Source of the DNA: Candidatus Micrarchaeota archaeon
GTDB taxonomy: Archaea > B1Sed10-29 > JAJRYS01
Direction of reading: 5' to 3'
DNA: 64,000 nucleotides
Assembly: GCA_964643685.1 (NCBI GenBank)
Contig: CAZXTN010000003.1
Span: forward strand, 10,462 to 74,461
Below the pieces are notes generated by a model, which ran no database searches, was not told the DNA's origin, and saw only the letters and a list, made by a program, of their open reading frames with translations. Position 1 is the stretch's first letter; every line of letters begins with the position of its first letter. Shown here one piece after another: positions 38,028-47,399 of this stretch. Made by a program: the position numbers and the translations under genes.

Positions 38028-38774
38028 TCACTGCATTTCTTCTGCTATTTCTTTTTGTTCTTTTTCATATTTTTCTTTAAGAGCCTGCCTTTGTTTTTCG
38101 TAAATAACAGGCACTGCTTTTTTAATCAAGTCCATTGCCTTGTCAAATTCTTCTTTTGAAAAATCGCCGTCCATTTGCATTAGGACAACTTCTCCTGTTG
38201 ACGGCACTATTCCCATTGGCATGTCTGCTTGCCCGAAGTTGTCTTCTTCTTTTCCTAGGTCAAGTATGACTTGGTCTCCTGCTTTTCCAGCAGCTACTCC
38301 TACTATTAAGTCTTTCATTGGCACTCCTGCGTCTGCTACTGCAACTGAAGCTGCTGTTAATGCAGCGCATCTTGTGCCTGCGTCTGCTTGCAGTATTTCT
38401 ACAAAAATGTCTATTGATGCTTTTGGGAAGTAGTTTGTAAAGATGACTTTTTCAAATGCTTCTTGTGATATTTTTGATATTTCAGTTGACCTTCTGTCTG
38501 GTCCTGGTCTTTTCCTGTCTTCAACTGAGAATGGAGCCATGTTGTACCTGTATCTGATTCTTGCTTTTAATGGGTCTTGTTCGTGCCTTGGGAGGCATTC
38601 TCTTGGCCCGTAAACAGCTGCTAGGACTTTGTTCTTGCCCCATTCAAGCAAGCATGAACCATCTGCTCTTTTAAGCACTCCTGCTGTTATTTTCAAGTCT
38701 CTTAATTCGTCAAATTTTCTTCCGTCTATTCTTTTTCCGTTTTTAAATAATTCAATTTCTTTGCTTCCGCTCAT
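38028..38774 (-). CDS. rrp41: Exosome complex exonuclease Rrp41
   Basis: RNase PH fold with GKRIDGRKFDELR and ADAGTRCAALTAASVAVADAGVPM. Confidence 0.85.
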   Translation of the reverse strand: MSGSKEIELFKNGKRIDGRKFDELRDLKITAGVLKRADGSCLLEWGKNKVLAAVYGPRECLPRHEQDPLKARIRYRYNMAPFSVEDRKRPGPDRRSTEISKISQEAFEKVIFTNYFPKASIDIFVEILQADAGTRCAALTAASVAVADAGVPMKDLIVGVAAGKAGDQVILDLGKEEDNFGQADMPMGIVPSTGEVVLMQMDGDFSKEEFDKAMDLIKKAVPVIYEKQRQALKEKYEKEQKEIAEEMQ

Positions 38775-38788
38775 TTTTCATTCACCTT

Positions 38789-39394
38789 TTAGTTTTTGTT
38801 TTTCAATTCTTCATCTAGGAATTTAGTTATTTTGTCAGTTAATCCTGAAGTGTGTGCTTCTTTTTCTATTTTGTAAATTGCTTTCTTCAGAATGTTTGAG
38901 TTTTCTCCTTTGATCCATATTCTTCCGTTTCTGCCTATGAATAGGTTGCATCCTGTCTTATTTTTCAAAAGTTCTATCATGGAATTCTTTTTTCCAATGA
39001 CTCTTGGTATTCTAACAGGGGAGATTTCTACAATTTCTCCTTCATATAATTGTCTTTCGTCTCCGAGTTTTGTGGATTTTACTTCATCAACTTCGAAGAT
39101 TTTAGCAAAAACCACGTCTCCTTTTTTGTATTCTCTTCTTGTAGGTAGGAAAGCAGTGTAGGGGGAGTTGATGTCAACAACTGCTCCTCCGAATTTTGCT
39201 TCTTCAATGACTCCTACTACAAGGTCTCCTTCTGAGGGAATGTATTTTCCGCTTAATGGGATTATTTTTTCCCTTCCTTCGTTTTCAGTAAGGACTCCGT
39301 AAACGCTTGAATAAAAATCGTTTCCTTTTCTGTAGGAATACATTCCTCTTGCATTTACTTTGTCTCCTGGTAAAACAATTCTTTTTTCGCTCAT
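38789..39394 (-). CDS. rrp4: Exosome RNA-binding subunit Rrp4 (S1 + KH)
   Basis: 201 aa; an N-terminal domain, an S1-like region (PSEGDLVVGVIEEAKFGGAVVDI) and a KH-like region (IELLKNKTGCNLFIGRNGRIWIKG). Shorter than typical Rrp4. Confidence 0.7.
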   Translation of the reverse strand: MSEKRIVLPGDKVNARGMYSYRKGNDFYSSVYGVLTENEGREKIIPLSGKYIPSEGDLVVGVIEEAKFGGAVVDINSPYTAFLPTRREYKKGDVVFAKIFEVDEVKSTKLGDERQLYEGEIVEISPVRIPRVIGKKNSMIELLKNKTGCNLFIGRNGRIWIKGENSNILKKAIYKIEKEAHTSGLTDKITKFLDEELKNKN

Positions 39395-39438
39395 TTCAAA
39401 TCACTCTCTTTCAAAACTTTTTTTTAAAAAAAATTTGT

Positions 39439-40143
39439 TTATTTTCTTTCAATTACCTTAAATTCTGCTTCTCCGTGTGTTATTTTGTTTATTTTGTCTT
39501 CAAAATCAGATTTCATTCCAGCTGGGATTTCAATTACGCAGTAGTAACTTCCATCATTCATCCATTGTTCTTTGGTTCTTTTCAAAGTTTTTAGGTAACC
39601 TACTGCTTTTCCTGAGTAAGTAGCAGGGACTCTGACAACTATTTCATCAACTTCCATTTTGATAGGAAGAACTTTTTTCATTTTAGCAAGGACGCTTTCA
39701 ACTTGTGATTCGGCTGACTTGAAAATGTCAACAGGGCATTTTGCTTCTTCAAAAGCTTTTTCCAATCTTTTAAGTGTATGTGGCACGTGTGTTCTTGGGT
39801 CAACAGCGCTTATTGAAATCAAATGAAGCACTTGTTTTTTCTTCTCTTCCATCATTCTGTGCCTTTGTTCAGTTGTAAGTTGAATTTCTCCTTTTTTAAT
39901 AATCACTGGAACAATTTGCTTGTAGTCAGTTGTTCCAAAAACTTTAATTAAATCCTCTTCAGATGCTTTTTTAGCTTTTGATGAATCAGAGTAAATGTCA
40001 GAAGCAGCTATTAAGTCATCAACTTCAATTTCCTTGCCTTGTTTGAAGTCCCTTGAAAGTTCAGGGTCAACAAGAGCTTCAAAATGCATTTCTCCTTTTT
40101 TGTATCTTGCAATTACTGCTTTATCCAAACTAATCATTTTCAC
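39439..40143 (-). CDS. SBDS-family ribosome maturation protein (Sdo1)
   Basis: 234 aa; VIARYKKGEMHFEALVDP...VFGTTD FYSH-domain N-terminus; conserved neighbour of psmA. Confidence 0.85.
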   Translation of the reverse strand: MKMISLDKAVIARYKKGEMHFEALVDPELSRDFKQGKEIEVDDLIAASDIYSDSSKAKKASEEDLIKVFGTTDYKQIVPVIIKKGEIQLTTEQRHRMMEEKKKQVLHLISISAVDPRTHVPHTLKRLEKAFEEAKCPVDIFKSAESQVESVLAKMKKVLPIKMEVDEIVVRVPATYSGKAVGYLKTLKRTKEQWMNDGSYYCVIEIPAGMKSDFEDKINKITHGEAEFKVIERK

Positions 40144-40204
40144 AAACCCTCTTTAAATAAAAATAAAAGCAAAGGAAGAGAAGCAAAACAAAAATTTGTT
40201 TGCT

Positions 40205-40930
40205 TTACTTCACTTTAGATATGTACTTCTGAAGAACATCTTTTTCCAATTTAGTGTATTTCCTGGTTTTTTTAGGAATGTAATAAACGTCAACAGTTTC
40301 CTTGCTTATTTTCTTATCACCTACTTTTTTAAGAGTCTTTAAAGCAAGCATTACTGCTTCTTCAAAAGACGCTGCTTCTTTATACTCTTTTTGAAGAAAA
40401 GCCTCTGCTTCAGCTTTTCCTCCTCCAATTGCAGCTGCATACAGTTCATTGAACGCGCCTGAAGGATCTGTTTCAAACAATCTGGCGCCAGTGTCATCAA
40501 CGCCTGTTATTAAAAGAGATGCTCCGAAAGGACGAGCTCCTCCAAATTGAGTATATGCCTGCTTCAAATCACAAACATCTTGAGTGAGAGTTTGAATATC
40601 AATTGGTTTTCCGTAAATTAATTTTTCTTCTTGCGCAACTATCCTTGCATGGTCAACAAGCCTCCTGGCATCTGCAACCAAGCCAGAAGTAGCAACTCCA
40701 ACATGCTCATCTATTTGGAATATTTTTTCAATAGACTCTCCTCTAAGCAGTTTTGAATTAATATTTTTGTCAACAGCTAATAAAACGCCATCTTTGTAAA
40801 TCATTCCAAGAGCAGTTGTTCCTCTTTTAACAGCTTCTCTTGCATATTCTACTTGAAACAGCCTTCCATCTGGGCTGAAAACAGTTATTGCGCGGTCATA
40901 AGCCGACGGCGACGCTGGATACATAAACAA
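40205..40930 (-). CDS. psmA: Proteasome alpha subunit
   Basis: YDRAITVFSPDGRLFQVEYAREAVKRGTTALG proteasome alpha signature. Confidence 0.95.
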   Translation of the reverse strand: MFMYPASPSAYDRAITVFSPDGRLFQVEYAREAVKRGTTALGMIYKDGVLLAVDKNINSKLLRGESIEKIFQIDEHVGVATSGLVADARRLVDHARIVAQEEKLIYGKPIDIQTLTQDVCDLKQAYTQFGGARPFGASLLITGVDDTGARLFETDPSGAFNELYAAAIGGGKAEAEAFLQKEYKEAASFEEAVMLALKTLKKVGDKKISKETVDVYYIPKKTRKYTKLEKDVLQKYISKVK

Positions 40931-41191
40931 TTACCTCCGTTTTTTCAAAAAAGGCAAAAGGCAAAACATTTTTTTAAAGCAAGTTAAAAATGAATCTTCT
41001 GGTAAGAAAAAATTCAAATTGCCTTTTTTTCCTAAAAAAGATAAACACTTTTTATTTATAAATTAGTTTTCCAAGGACTCTATACCTCAGCCAATTACCT
41101 CACTAATTTTTAAATTTTTTCACAACTGAGTTTAACATATGAAATAAATCCTTTTTATAACTTACTTTTCACTGACGTTGGATAGAAAAAA

Positions 41192-41563
41192 TTATTTTTT
41201 AATAAAAGAATCTGCTTTTTTAACAGTTCCTGTTACCCTTATTATTTTAACAACAATTTTTTCATTTTCAATTTTTTCAAAAAAACCAAGAGCAAACAAA
41301 ACCAGATTTAAATAATCATTATTGACTCTTATAATCCCTGCTTTCTGCTTTTCATAATACTTAACAAGCCAAAAACCTGAATTTGAAAATCCAAACAAGC
41401 CAAGCGCTTTAAAAATAACATTATTAATTTCTTTCTCAACTTGCTTTTTTGAAAAAACCTTGCTTGAAGCGATTTCAAAAGCAACATACCTTCTTCTATC
41501 TCTTAAAGTAGGGGGAAGTGGTTTCATCAGCAATTCAACCTCTTTCAAACTTCTTTTTTTCAA
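41192..41563 (-). CDS. RNase P protein component Pop5 (Rnp2)
   Basis: LPPTLRDRRRYVAFEI is the archaeal Pop5 signature; 123 aa. Confidence 0.8.
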   Translation of the reverse strand: MKKRSLKEVELLMKPLPPTLRDRRRYVAFEIASSKVFSKKQVEKEINNVIFKALGLFGFSNSGFWLVKYYEKQKAGIIRVNNDYLNLVLFALGFFEKIENEKIVVKIIRVTGTVKKADSFIKK

Positions 41564-41590
41564 CTCCTATTAAAATTAAATGAATTCAAA

Positions 41591-42061
41591 TCAATGAACA
41601 TAAGGTTCATATGCTTGGTTTAAACTCCATTTCGCCTGAGGCTTGCTCATGCCTAAAAACATGCCGAAACCAATAAGCACATTAGCATCTTTTAACCTGC
41701 TTTCATCTCGTGCATTTGAACAAATAAGAATATTATTCTTCTGCTTCAAGCAAATCTTAACAGCTTCTTTCAAATTCCTTAAATAAAGCACTTGGCTTAC
41801 TCCTTTTAGGTTCAAAACAGAGTTTAAAGAAAAAGCAATTGAAACATTGTTATCTTTGGCTATTTGAGCTACTGCAGTGTCAAACTCTTTTGTAAAAGAA
41901 ACAGGGTCAAGGAGAACCTGAACTCCTTTTGTCCTGACAATCTTTCTATTAAGCTCAAGGCTTCCTCCTTGCTTGATTTTAACATCTTTTTCAGACAAGT
42001 ACTTTTTAAAACCCATTTCACTGGCTTTGCTTTTCAACTCATCTGAAACCAAATCGTACAA
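41591..42061 (-). CDS. RNase P protein component Rpp30 (Rnp3), shortened
   Basis: 156 aa; VSIAFSLNSVLNL and LIGFGMFLGMSKPQAKWSLNQAYEP align with the C-terminal half of the Rpp30 TIM barrel; about 55 aa shorter than typical. Confidence 0.65.
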   Translation of the reverse strand: MYDLVSDELKSKASEMGFKKYLSEKDVKIKQGGSLELNRKIVRTKGVQVLLDPVSFTKEFDTAVAQIAKDNNVSIAFSLNSVLNLKGVSQVLYLRNLKEAVKICLKQKNNILICSNARDESRLKDANVLIGFGMFLGMSKPQAKWSLNQAYEPYVH

Positions 42062-42072
42062 CGGTTAACACC

Positions 42073-42636
42073 TTAGTACTTTTTCCTCTGCTTGTTCTTG
42101 CTTCCTTTGGCTTTTGTCTTTGGCTTGGATTTCTTACCAGCGCTTGTCTTGTTCCTATGCACTCTTCTTGTCTCGCTGCAAATCCAATTCAAATCCTTGT
42201 CCTTCTTAATGGCAGGATGAGTAGGGTCAACCATTATAACTTCAAACCACTTATACTGCCCATCCTCCATAACCAAATAAGAATTTAAAACCTCCAAGTT
42301 AGGGAACTTTCTTGCAATCCTCTCTTCAGCAATCAACTGAATAGACTTCTGCCTTTTAATTTTCCTAACACCCATTTTAGAGTGTCTTCTTCCAGCCCTC
42401 ACTCTCTTATGAACACCGCTTCCTCTCCTAACTCTTATCCTGGCAACAACAACACCTTGCTTTGCCTTATAACCAAGTTCTCTTGCTCTTGGAATATTTG
42501 TCGGCTTACCTAGCCTGACAACAACAGGCTCTCTCCTTAACTCAAGAAGCCTTCCTTTATGCATTTCCTTAGCTCCAGGCTCTTTGCCTTTCCATTCTTT
42601 TTGAAACAATTCCTTTATTCTCTTAATTGCACTCAT
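42073..42636 (-). CDS. rpl15e: 50S ribosomal protein L15e
   Basis: 187-aa basic protein with [14 protein letters not shown]...[19 protein letters not shown] typical of L15e. Confidence 0.9.
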   Translation of the reverse strand: MSAIKRIKELFQKEWKGKEPGAKEMHKGRLLELRREPVVVRLGKPTNIPRARELGYKAKQGVVVARIRVRRGSGVHKRVRAGRRHSKMGVRKIKRQKSIQLIAEERIARKFPNLEVLNSYLVMEDGQYKWFEVIMVDPTHPAIKKDKDLNWICSETRRVHRNKTSAGKKSKPKTKAKGSKNKQRKKY

Positions 42637-42922
42637 TTCTCAACACTCCTTTAATTCATCGTTCTCCCTTTAAAGGGAACATTCGATACTGCTTAAAAAA
42701 ACAGTGAATTAATTATTGCATTAATTTATTTTTAAAGCTTTGGAACAACACAACTTTTTAAATGAAAAGGTTTAAAAACAAAACCATTAATAAATAATAA
42801 ACACTCCTTCGACTACTTGCTTAACAAGACGTCCACAGGAGAAAAAAATAAAAAAAGATTCAATTAAAAAAAATGAATCTAATTTTAAAAAAAAAGAAAT
42901 TTTAATTAAAACTTAAGGACAG

Positions 42923-43525
42923 GTGGAAAACAAAATGGCTTCTTTGAAACCAGCAAAAACACAAAGAGAACCAAGAAGAGCTTGGACAAGAACAGCTAAA
43001 AGAAAAGTAAAAAAAGCATTCGTACGCGGAGTACCTGACTCTCGTTTAAGAAGCTTTGACATGGGCTTTGCAAAACCAAAAGACTGCGAAATAGAACTAG
43101 ACTTAGTGTCAAGCGAACATTTTCAAATGAGAGACAACTCACTTGAATCAGCAAGAGTCATGGCAAACAAAATATTTGAAAAAAAAATAGGAAGAGACTT
43201 CTACTACTTCAAAGTAAGAGTATTCCCACACCAATGCTTAAGAGAACATTCCATGCTAACAGGAGCAGGAGCAGACCGTTTATCATCTGGAATGAGAAAG
43301 CCATTCGGACGCCCAATAGGAAGAGCAGCTGTCGTGAAAAAAGGCCAGAAAATATTCACAGTATACACAATGAAACAATTTGAAAACCACGCAAAAGAAG
43401 GCTTGAAAAGAGCGGCAATGAAACTAAGCGGAAGCCCAAAAATCGTGATAAAAGACATTAGCAAAAACAAGCCTGAAAAACTAATGCCAGGAAAAAAGAA
43501 GAAAAAAAGAGACTTCAAAAAATAA
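42923..43525 (+). CDS. rpl10e: 50S ribosomal protein L10e (uL16)
   Basis: KPAKTQREPRRAWTR...RGVPDSRLRSFDMG and GAGADRLSSGMRKPFGRPIGRAA match L10e. Confidence 0.8.
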   Translation: MENKMASLKPAKTQREPRRAWTRTAKRKVKKAFVRGVPDSRLRSFDMGFAKPKDCEIELDLVSSEHFQMRDNSLESARVMANKIFEKKIGRDFYYFKVRVFPHQCLREHSMLTGAGADRLSSGMRKPFGRPIGRAAVVKKGQKIFTVYTMKQFENHAKEGLKRAAMKLSGSPKIVIKDISKNKPEKLMPGKKKKKRDFKK

Positions 43526-43669
43526 AACAACAAAGCAACTTTTCTCATTTTTTTACTTTTTCTTATTTTATTCAATTAACAATTAGACTTAACTCTAAAA
43601 AAAGCTTTATTAATTCAAAAAAAGACAACTTAAAGTAATAGGTAAAACAAATTCTTAAAAAAAAGGCAA

Positions 43670-44257
43670 TTGAGGTTAATTAAAATGAACAGTAGGCAAA
43701 TACAAGAGATGGTAAAAAGAGAACTTGAAAAAAGAAAAGGTAACATGACAAGCGCAGCAAGCAATGCAGAAAAATCAAAGAAATCAGAACTGCTTCGTAG
43801 GAGAGCAGAATTAAAAGCATCATTGCTTAGAACAAACGCTGTTTCTGATAAAATAAATAAGAAATTAGTGGAAGGATTGATTAAAAAAAGCTTAAAAGAG
43901 CAGATAAAATACAACAGGGAAAGAGGATTGCCTACTGAACAACTGGAATGGGATTTAAGGAGAACAAAGGAGATTGCTAATGAAATTTATGACAACCCTG
44001 AAGTGCAGAGGGCTTTGAATGAACAGAGGAGAGCAATAAGAACAAGCAGCAAAAAACAGCAGAGCAACACAATCATAGACAGTTTGCTTGGAGCAGGAGC
44101 TTTAGTAGTGGGATCCCCTGTAAATTTTTTACTTGCAATGGGTTTAATAGGTAAAAAAACAGGCGAGCATGCCATAAAAAGAAAAAAACTAAAACCACTC
44201 CAAGAAGATATAAGAAAAAGGTTAAAAGAAAACAAAGAAAAATTGAAAGAAAGTTAA
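43670..44257 (+). CDS. K/R-rich hypothetical protein with C-terminal hydrophobic helix
   Basis: 195-aa ORF with an AGGTTAA-like RBS; the C-terminus LGAGALVVGSPVNFLLAMGLIG is hydrophobic. Confidence 0.4.
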   Translation: MRLIKMNSRQIQEMVKRELEKRKGNMTSAASNAEKSKKSELLRRRAELKASLLRTNAVSDKINKKLVEGLIKKSLKEQIKYNRERGLPTEQLEWDLRRTKEIANEIYDNPEVQRALNEQRRAIRTSSKKQQSNTIIDSLLGAGALVVGSPVNFLLAMGLIGKKTGEHAIKRKKLKPLQEDIRKRLKENKEKLKES

Positions 44258-44422
44258 ATAATCCTTTTTTTACTTACTTATTTTTTTAAAAGCAAACGTT
44301 TTAATGACTTGTTTTTTTGCCGTTAGGCAAAAAACCTTTTCAAACTTCAAAGAAGTTTGAACTTGGCTATTGAGGCGTAAGCCGAAAATAGCCTTATTGA
44401 TGCAAACTTTTAAAGTTTGCTA

Positions 44423-44534
44423 TGGACTCGGCGGGAGTTGAACCCGCGGCCTCTCCCACGCCAAGGGAGCAATCTGTAGCGAAAACAATCCGTTTGGGGA
44501 AGTGGGTTTGTTTTTACCACTGATCTACGAGCCC
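44423..44534 (-). tRNA. tRNA-Ala (anticodon GGC) carrying a ~38-nt non-canonical intron in the D-arm region
   Basis: Reverse-strand hand fold: acceptor GGGCTCG/CGAGTCC with a G3-U70 wobble (the Ala identity pair); anticodon stem CTCCC/GGGAG, loop TTGGCGT; T arm GCGGG-TTCAACT-CCCGC. Total 112 nt, with the extra sequence between the D-stem strands (GATC ... GATT). CCA not encoded. Confidence 0.7.
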
Positions 44535-44672
44535 GGTTGTAAAGAAAGGTTTTTTGCTGGTTAAATTTAGTTTTTTGGTTATTTTTAATTGTTTTTGAAG
44601 AATAAGGATTTGATTTAAATTAAGGAGAAGGGAAGGTGGGGGCTTCCTTTCTTTTGAAGGGTTTTTTGCTGT

Positions 44673-44897
44673 TTAAGGTGAAACGTATAGTATGTTGTCT
44701 CCTCTTACTATTACTGTGCCTATTTTTGATTTCAGTTGCTCGTTTTCAAGTTCTTCTGCTTCGTCAAGCACTAGGTTCATGTGTTGGTCAAATGCTTTTA
44801 GTTTTCCTCTTAGTTGCTTGTTGCCTTTTAGTCTTACTAGTACTTGTTGGTTCATTTCTTTGTTCAGCAAGTCAAATGGTCTTGTTATTGATTCCAT
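44673..44897 (-). CDS. Sm-like (LSm) archaeal protein
   Basis: 74 aa; Sm1/Sm2 motifs (VLVRLKGNKQLRGKLKAFDQHMNLVLDEAEE...VIVRGDNILYV). Confidence 0.85.
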   Translation of the reverse strand: MESITRPFDLLNKEMNQQVLVRLKGNKQLRGKLKAFDQHMNLVLDEAEELENEQLKSKIGTVIVRGDNILYVSP

Positions 44898-44906
44898 GTT
44901 TTTAAT

Positions 44907-45680
44907 TCACCTCTTTTTTAAAAATTTAAATAAACTTGAAAACAAGCTTTTTTTTGCTTGTTTTTTTGTATAGGGGATTCCTGTGATTTCAGATGCTGTT
45001 TTTATTATTTCTTGGATGGATTCGTTTGATTCGTTTGTTTTAATGAGTGGTTTTCCTTTTAAAACGCTTTTTTTAAGTTCTTCATCTACTTTTATTCTAG
45101 CTAGGATTGGGACGTTTAAGAGGGATGTGATGTCTTTTTCGCTTAATTCTCCTTTGGTTTTTTTAATCATGTTTAGGATGACTCCTTTGACTTCTGAGCC
45201 CATTTTTTCAGCTGTTAGGTAAGTTTTGTAGCCGTCTGTGGCGCTCATTGGCTCTAGGGTCATTACGAGGATTGTTTCGCTGCATGCTGCAAAGCAGGCG
45301 ATTGTGTCTCTGCCTATTCCTGCTGGGCAGTCAACTAAGACGTAGTCTGCTTTTTTTTTGAATTCTTTGATGATTGTGATTAGTTTGTCTGGGTCTATTC
45401 TTTTGAATTGCTGTGGTGAGATTCCTGCTGGCACGAACCAGGCGTTTTTGTCAACTTCGTAGAGTACGTCGTTTATTTCAGCTTCTCCGCTTATTACTTC
45501 TTTTAAGGTGATTGGTCTGCCTTCCATTCCGAGAACTAGTTCAAGGTTAGCCATGTCTAAGTCAGCGTCGACCATTATTACTTTTTTTCCTAGTTTAGAT
45601 AAAGCTAGTCCTAAGTTTGCTGTGATTGTTGTTTTGCCTACTCCTCCTTTTCCAGAGGCTATTGCAATTGCTTTGCTCAT
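44907..45680 (-). CDS. MinD/ParA-family P-loop ATPase
   Basis: IAIASGKGGVGKTTITANLGLAL is the deviant Walker A; 257 aa. Confidence 0.85.
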   Translation of the reverse strand: MSKAIAIASGKGGVGKTTITANLGLALSKLGKKVIMVDADLDMANLELVLGMEGRPITLKEVISGEAEINDVLYEVDKNAWFVPAGISPQQFKRIDPDKLITIIKEFKKKADYVLVDCPAGIGRDTIACFAACSETILVMTLEPMSATDGYKTYLTAEKMGSEVKGVILNMIKKTKGELSEKDITSLLNVPILARIKVDEELKKSVLKGKPLIKTNESNESIQEIIKTASEITGIPYTKKQAKKSLFSSLFKFLKKR

Positions 45681-45721
45681 TTTTTTTCTCTCCTCTTAAT
45701 AACTTGCTGTTGGAATTTTTT

Positions 45722-46180
45722 TCACTTCAAGTTGAAATTTTGGATTCCTTTGTTTATTTTTTTGACAATTTGTCTTGTTTCAATTGCTGAAATGTCACCT
45801 GATGTTCTGAATATGTATGTTAAGTCATCTTCTGTATATAAAACATTATAATGTTCTTTGTCTTTCACTATTAAGAGGTTTGCGTTTGGAAATTCTGTTT
45901 TAATGAATTCCTGTAAGGAAGTTGATTTTATTGCTTTTTCAAATGCTTGTTCTTTTTCAGTTGACATTAAAACGCTGCCGTCTTTTTTTGAAACAATTAC
46001 TGAGTCAAGCGCGTAGTCTTCAACTACATTTTTAACATAGCCATCTGGTTCTTTTGCTTCTTCTCTTTTTTTCTGTTCAATTAATTCAAGGAGGATTTGG
46101 ATTCTTTTTTCAAGTTTTTCTTCTTTGGTTTTCTTGTTTAAAATTTTATAAGCTATTTTTTTAAAAAAACTCATTTTCAA
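45722..46180 (-). CDS. Hypothetical protein, possible roadblock/LC7-like fold
   Basis: 152 aa; the central alternating pattern (VIVSKKDGSVLMSTEKEQ...LLIVKDKEHYNVLY) is loosely roadblock-like. Weak. Confidence 0.3.
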   Translation of the reverse strand: MKMSFFKKIAYKILNKKTKEEKLEKRIQILLELIEQKKREEAKEPDGYVKNVVEDYALDSVIVSKKDGSVLMSTEKEQAFEKAIKSTSLQEFIKTEFPNANLLIVKDKEHYNVLYTEDDLTYIFRTSGDISAIETRQIVKKINKGIQNFNLK

Positions 46181-46235
46181 GCGTCACCTTTTTTTTAGTT
46201 GATTTCTAGTTACTCAGAAGTAGTTAATTAACATT

Positions 46236-46877
46236 TCATCTTTTTTTCAGAAGCTTAGCTAGTTTTGAAAACCTGTCGCTTGCATCTTCTTTTTTTGTCT
46301 TCTCCTGTTTTTCTTGGTTTTTTGAAAGTGTTTTTTTAATTTCATCATTTTCTGATTTTGCCTTGTTTAAAAGCTGAGCCATTGAAGAATCTTTTGCAAT
46401 TGTTTTAGTTAACCCGAATTTTTTAAACAAGTCTTCTTTTTGAATGCCTTCTCCTGATTCTTCAGCAAGCTGTTTTTCATAATCTTCTTTGAAGTAATTC
46501 AGTATTTTTAAATTTTCTTTGTCTACTGCTTGTTTCAGGTTGTTCTCTTCATTTAAAGTGAGAATCAACTGCACTTGATAAGAATTGAGTGAAAACAAGT
46601 CAATCACACCTATTTTTGCATTCAAGGCATTCAAGCTTCTTTCAAGAGCTTCTTCTGCTAAAAAGCTTTTGTTAAACTTGTAATAATCATAGTTAGAGGA
46701 GACAATTTTGCCGTTGCTGAATACGACTATTCCTTCTTCTAAACCTTGTTTTCCATGAATGGTTATGCAGAAATACCCGTTGAAGCTTTCATCCATTAAT
46801 TTTTTCACGTACTGCGCAGGCACAATGCTTGCCAATTCTTTTCCTGTTTCAACAGGGCTTCCAGCAGACAATTTCAT
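46236..46877 (-). CDS. DUF4388-like domain protein with K/E-rich tail
   Basis: 213 aa; FNGYFCITIHGKQGLEEGIVVFSNGKIVSS...AEEALERSLNALNAKIGVIDL fits my recollection of the DUF4388 consensus. Confidence 0.4.
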   Translation of the reverse strand: MKLSAGSPVETGKELASIVPAQYVKKLMDESFNGYFCITIHGKQGLEEGIVVFSNGKIVSSNYDYYKFNKSFLAEEALERSLNALNAKIGVIDLFSLNSYQVQLILTLNEENNLKQAVDKENLKILNYFKEDYEKQLAEESGEGIQKEDLFKKFGLTKTIAKDSSMAQLLNKAKSENDEIKKTLSKNQEKQEKTKKEDASDRFSKLAKLLKKR

Positions 46878-46913
46878 TTTAAAAAAAACAACTCCCTTAA
46901 ATTTTCTTTTAAT

Positions 46914-47387
46914 TTACTTCAATTTAGTGATTGTTTTCTTGTTGAACACGAGGATGTGGTCAGCTGTGTTTTTCAAAGCAGCTGCAATCGGCTCGCTTCC
47001 AACGACAATTGTTTCCTTACCATGCTCCTTTGCCTTGGACACAACAGGATGAAAGTCAGAATCGCGTGTCATCAAGGCAATCACATCAATGTGTTCATTG
47101 AAAACATACTCCATTGCCTCAGCAGCCATAGGTGCATCCACGTCATCACTAGTGACTATTACAGGCTCAAAACCTTGATTGACAACAGCTTCAATTAACT
47201 TATCAGGCGCAAACTGGTTTAAGAAAATTTTAGATACTGTCAAGTTGCCGAATTTCTCCAGCTCGTTCCTAATAATGTTTAAGTCAACGTCAAACTCTTT
47301 CCTAAGCATGTTAGGACCGTCAACGAAAAAAGCAATTTTCTTAACTTCATTTTTTCTTTTTCCAAAACCAAACATTTCAAAAACCAA
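46914..47387 (-). CDS. NYN-domain (LabA/DUF88-like) protein
   Basis: IAFFVDGPNM ... IDVIALMTRDSDFHPVV matches NYN-domain catalytic acidic motifs. Confidence 0.6.
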   Translation of the reverse strand: MVFEMFGFGKRKNEVKKIAFFVDGPNMLRKEFDVDLNIIRNELEKFGNLTVSKIFLNQFAPDKLIEAVVNQGFEPVIVTSDDVDAPMAAEAMEYVFNEHIDVIALMTRDSDFHPVVSKAKEHGKETIVVGSEPIAAALKNTADHILVFNKKTITKLK

Positions 47388-47399
47388 ACTCCTTCTTGC

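Noticed and set aside
42640-42920. Possible fifth relic of the GC element (shares TTCGACTAC...GCTTA with the valS upstream spacer)
   Set aside because: Only a 9-mer match plus a 5-mer match. It sits in a divergent promoter region between L15e and L10e, which is too weak to call.
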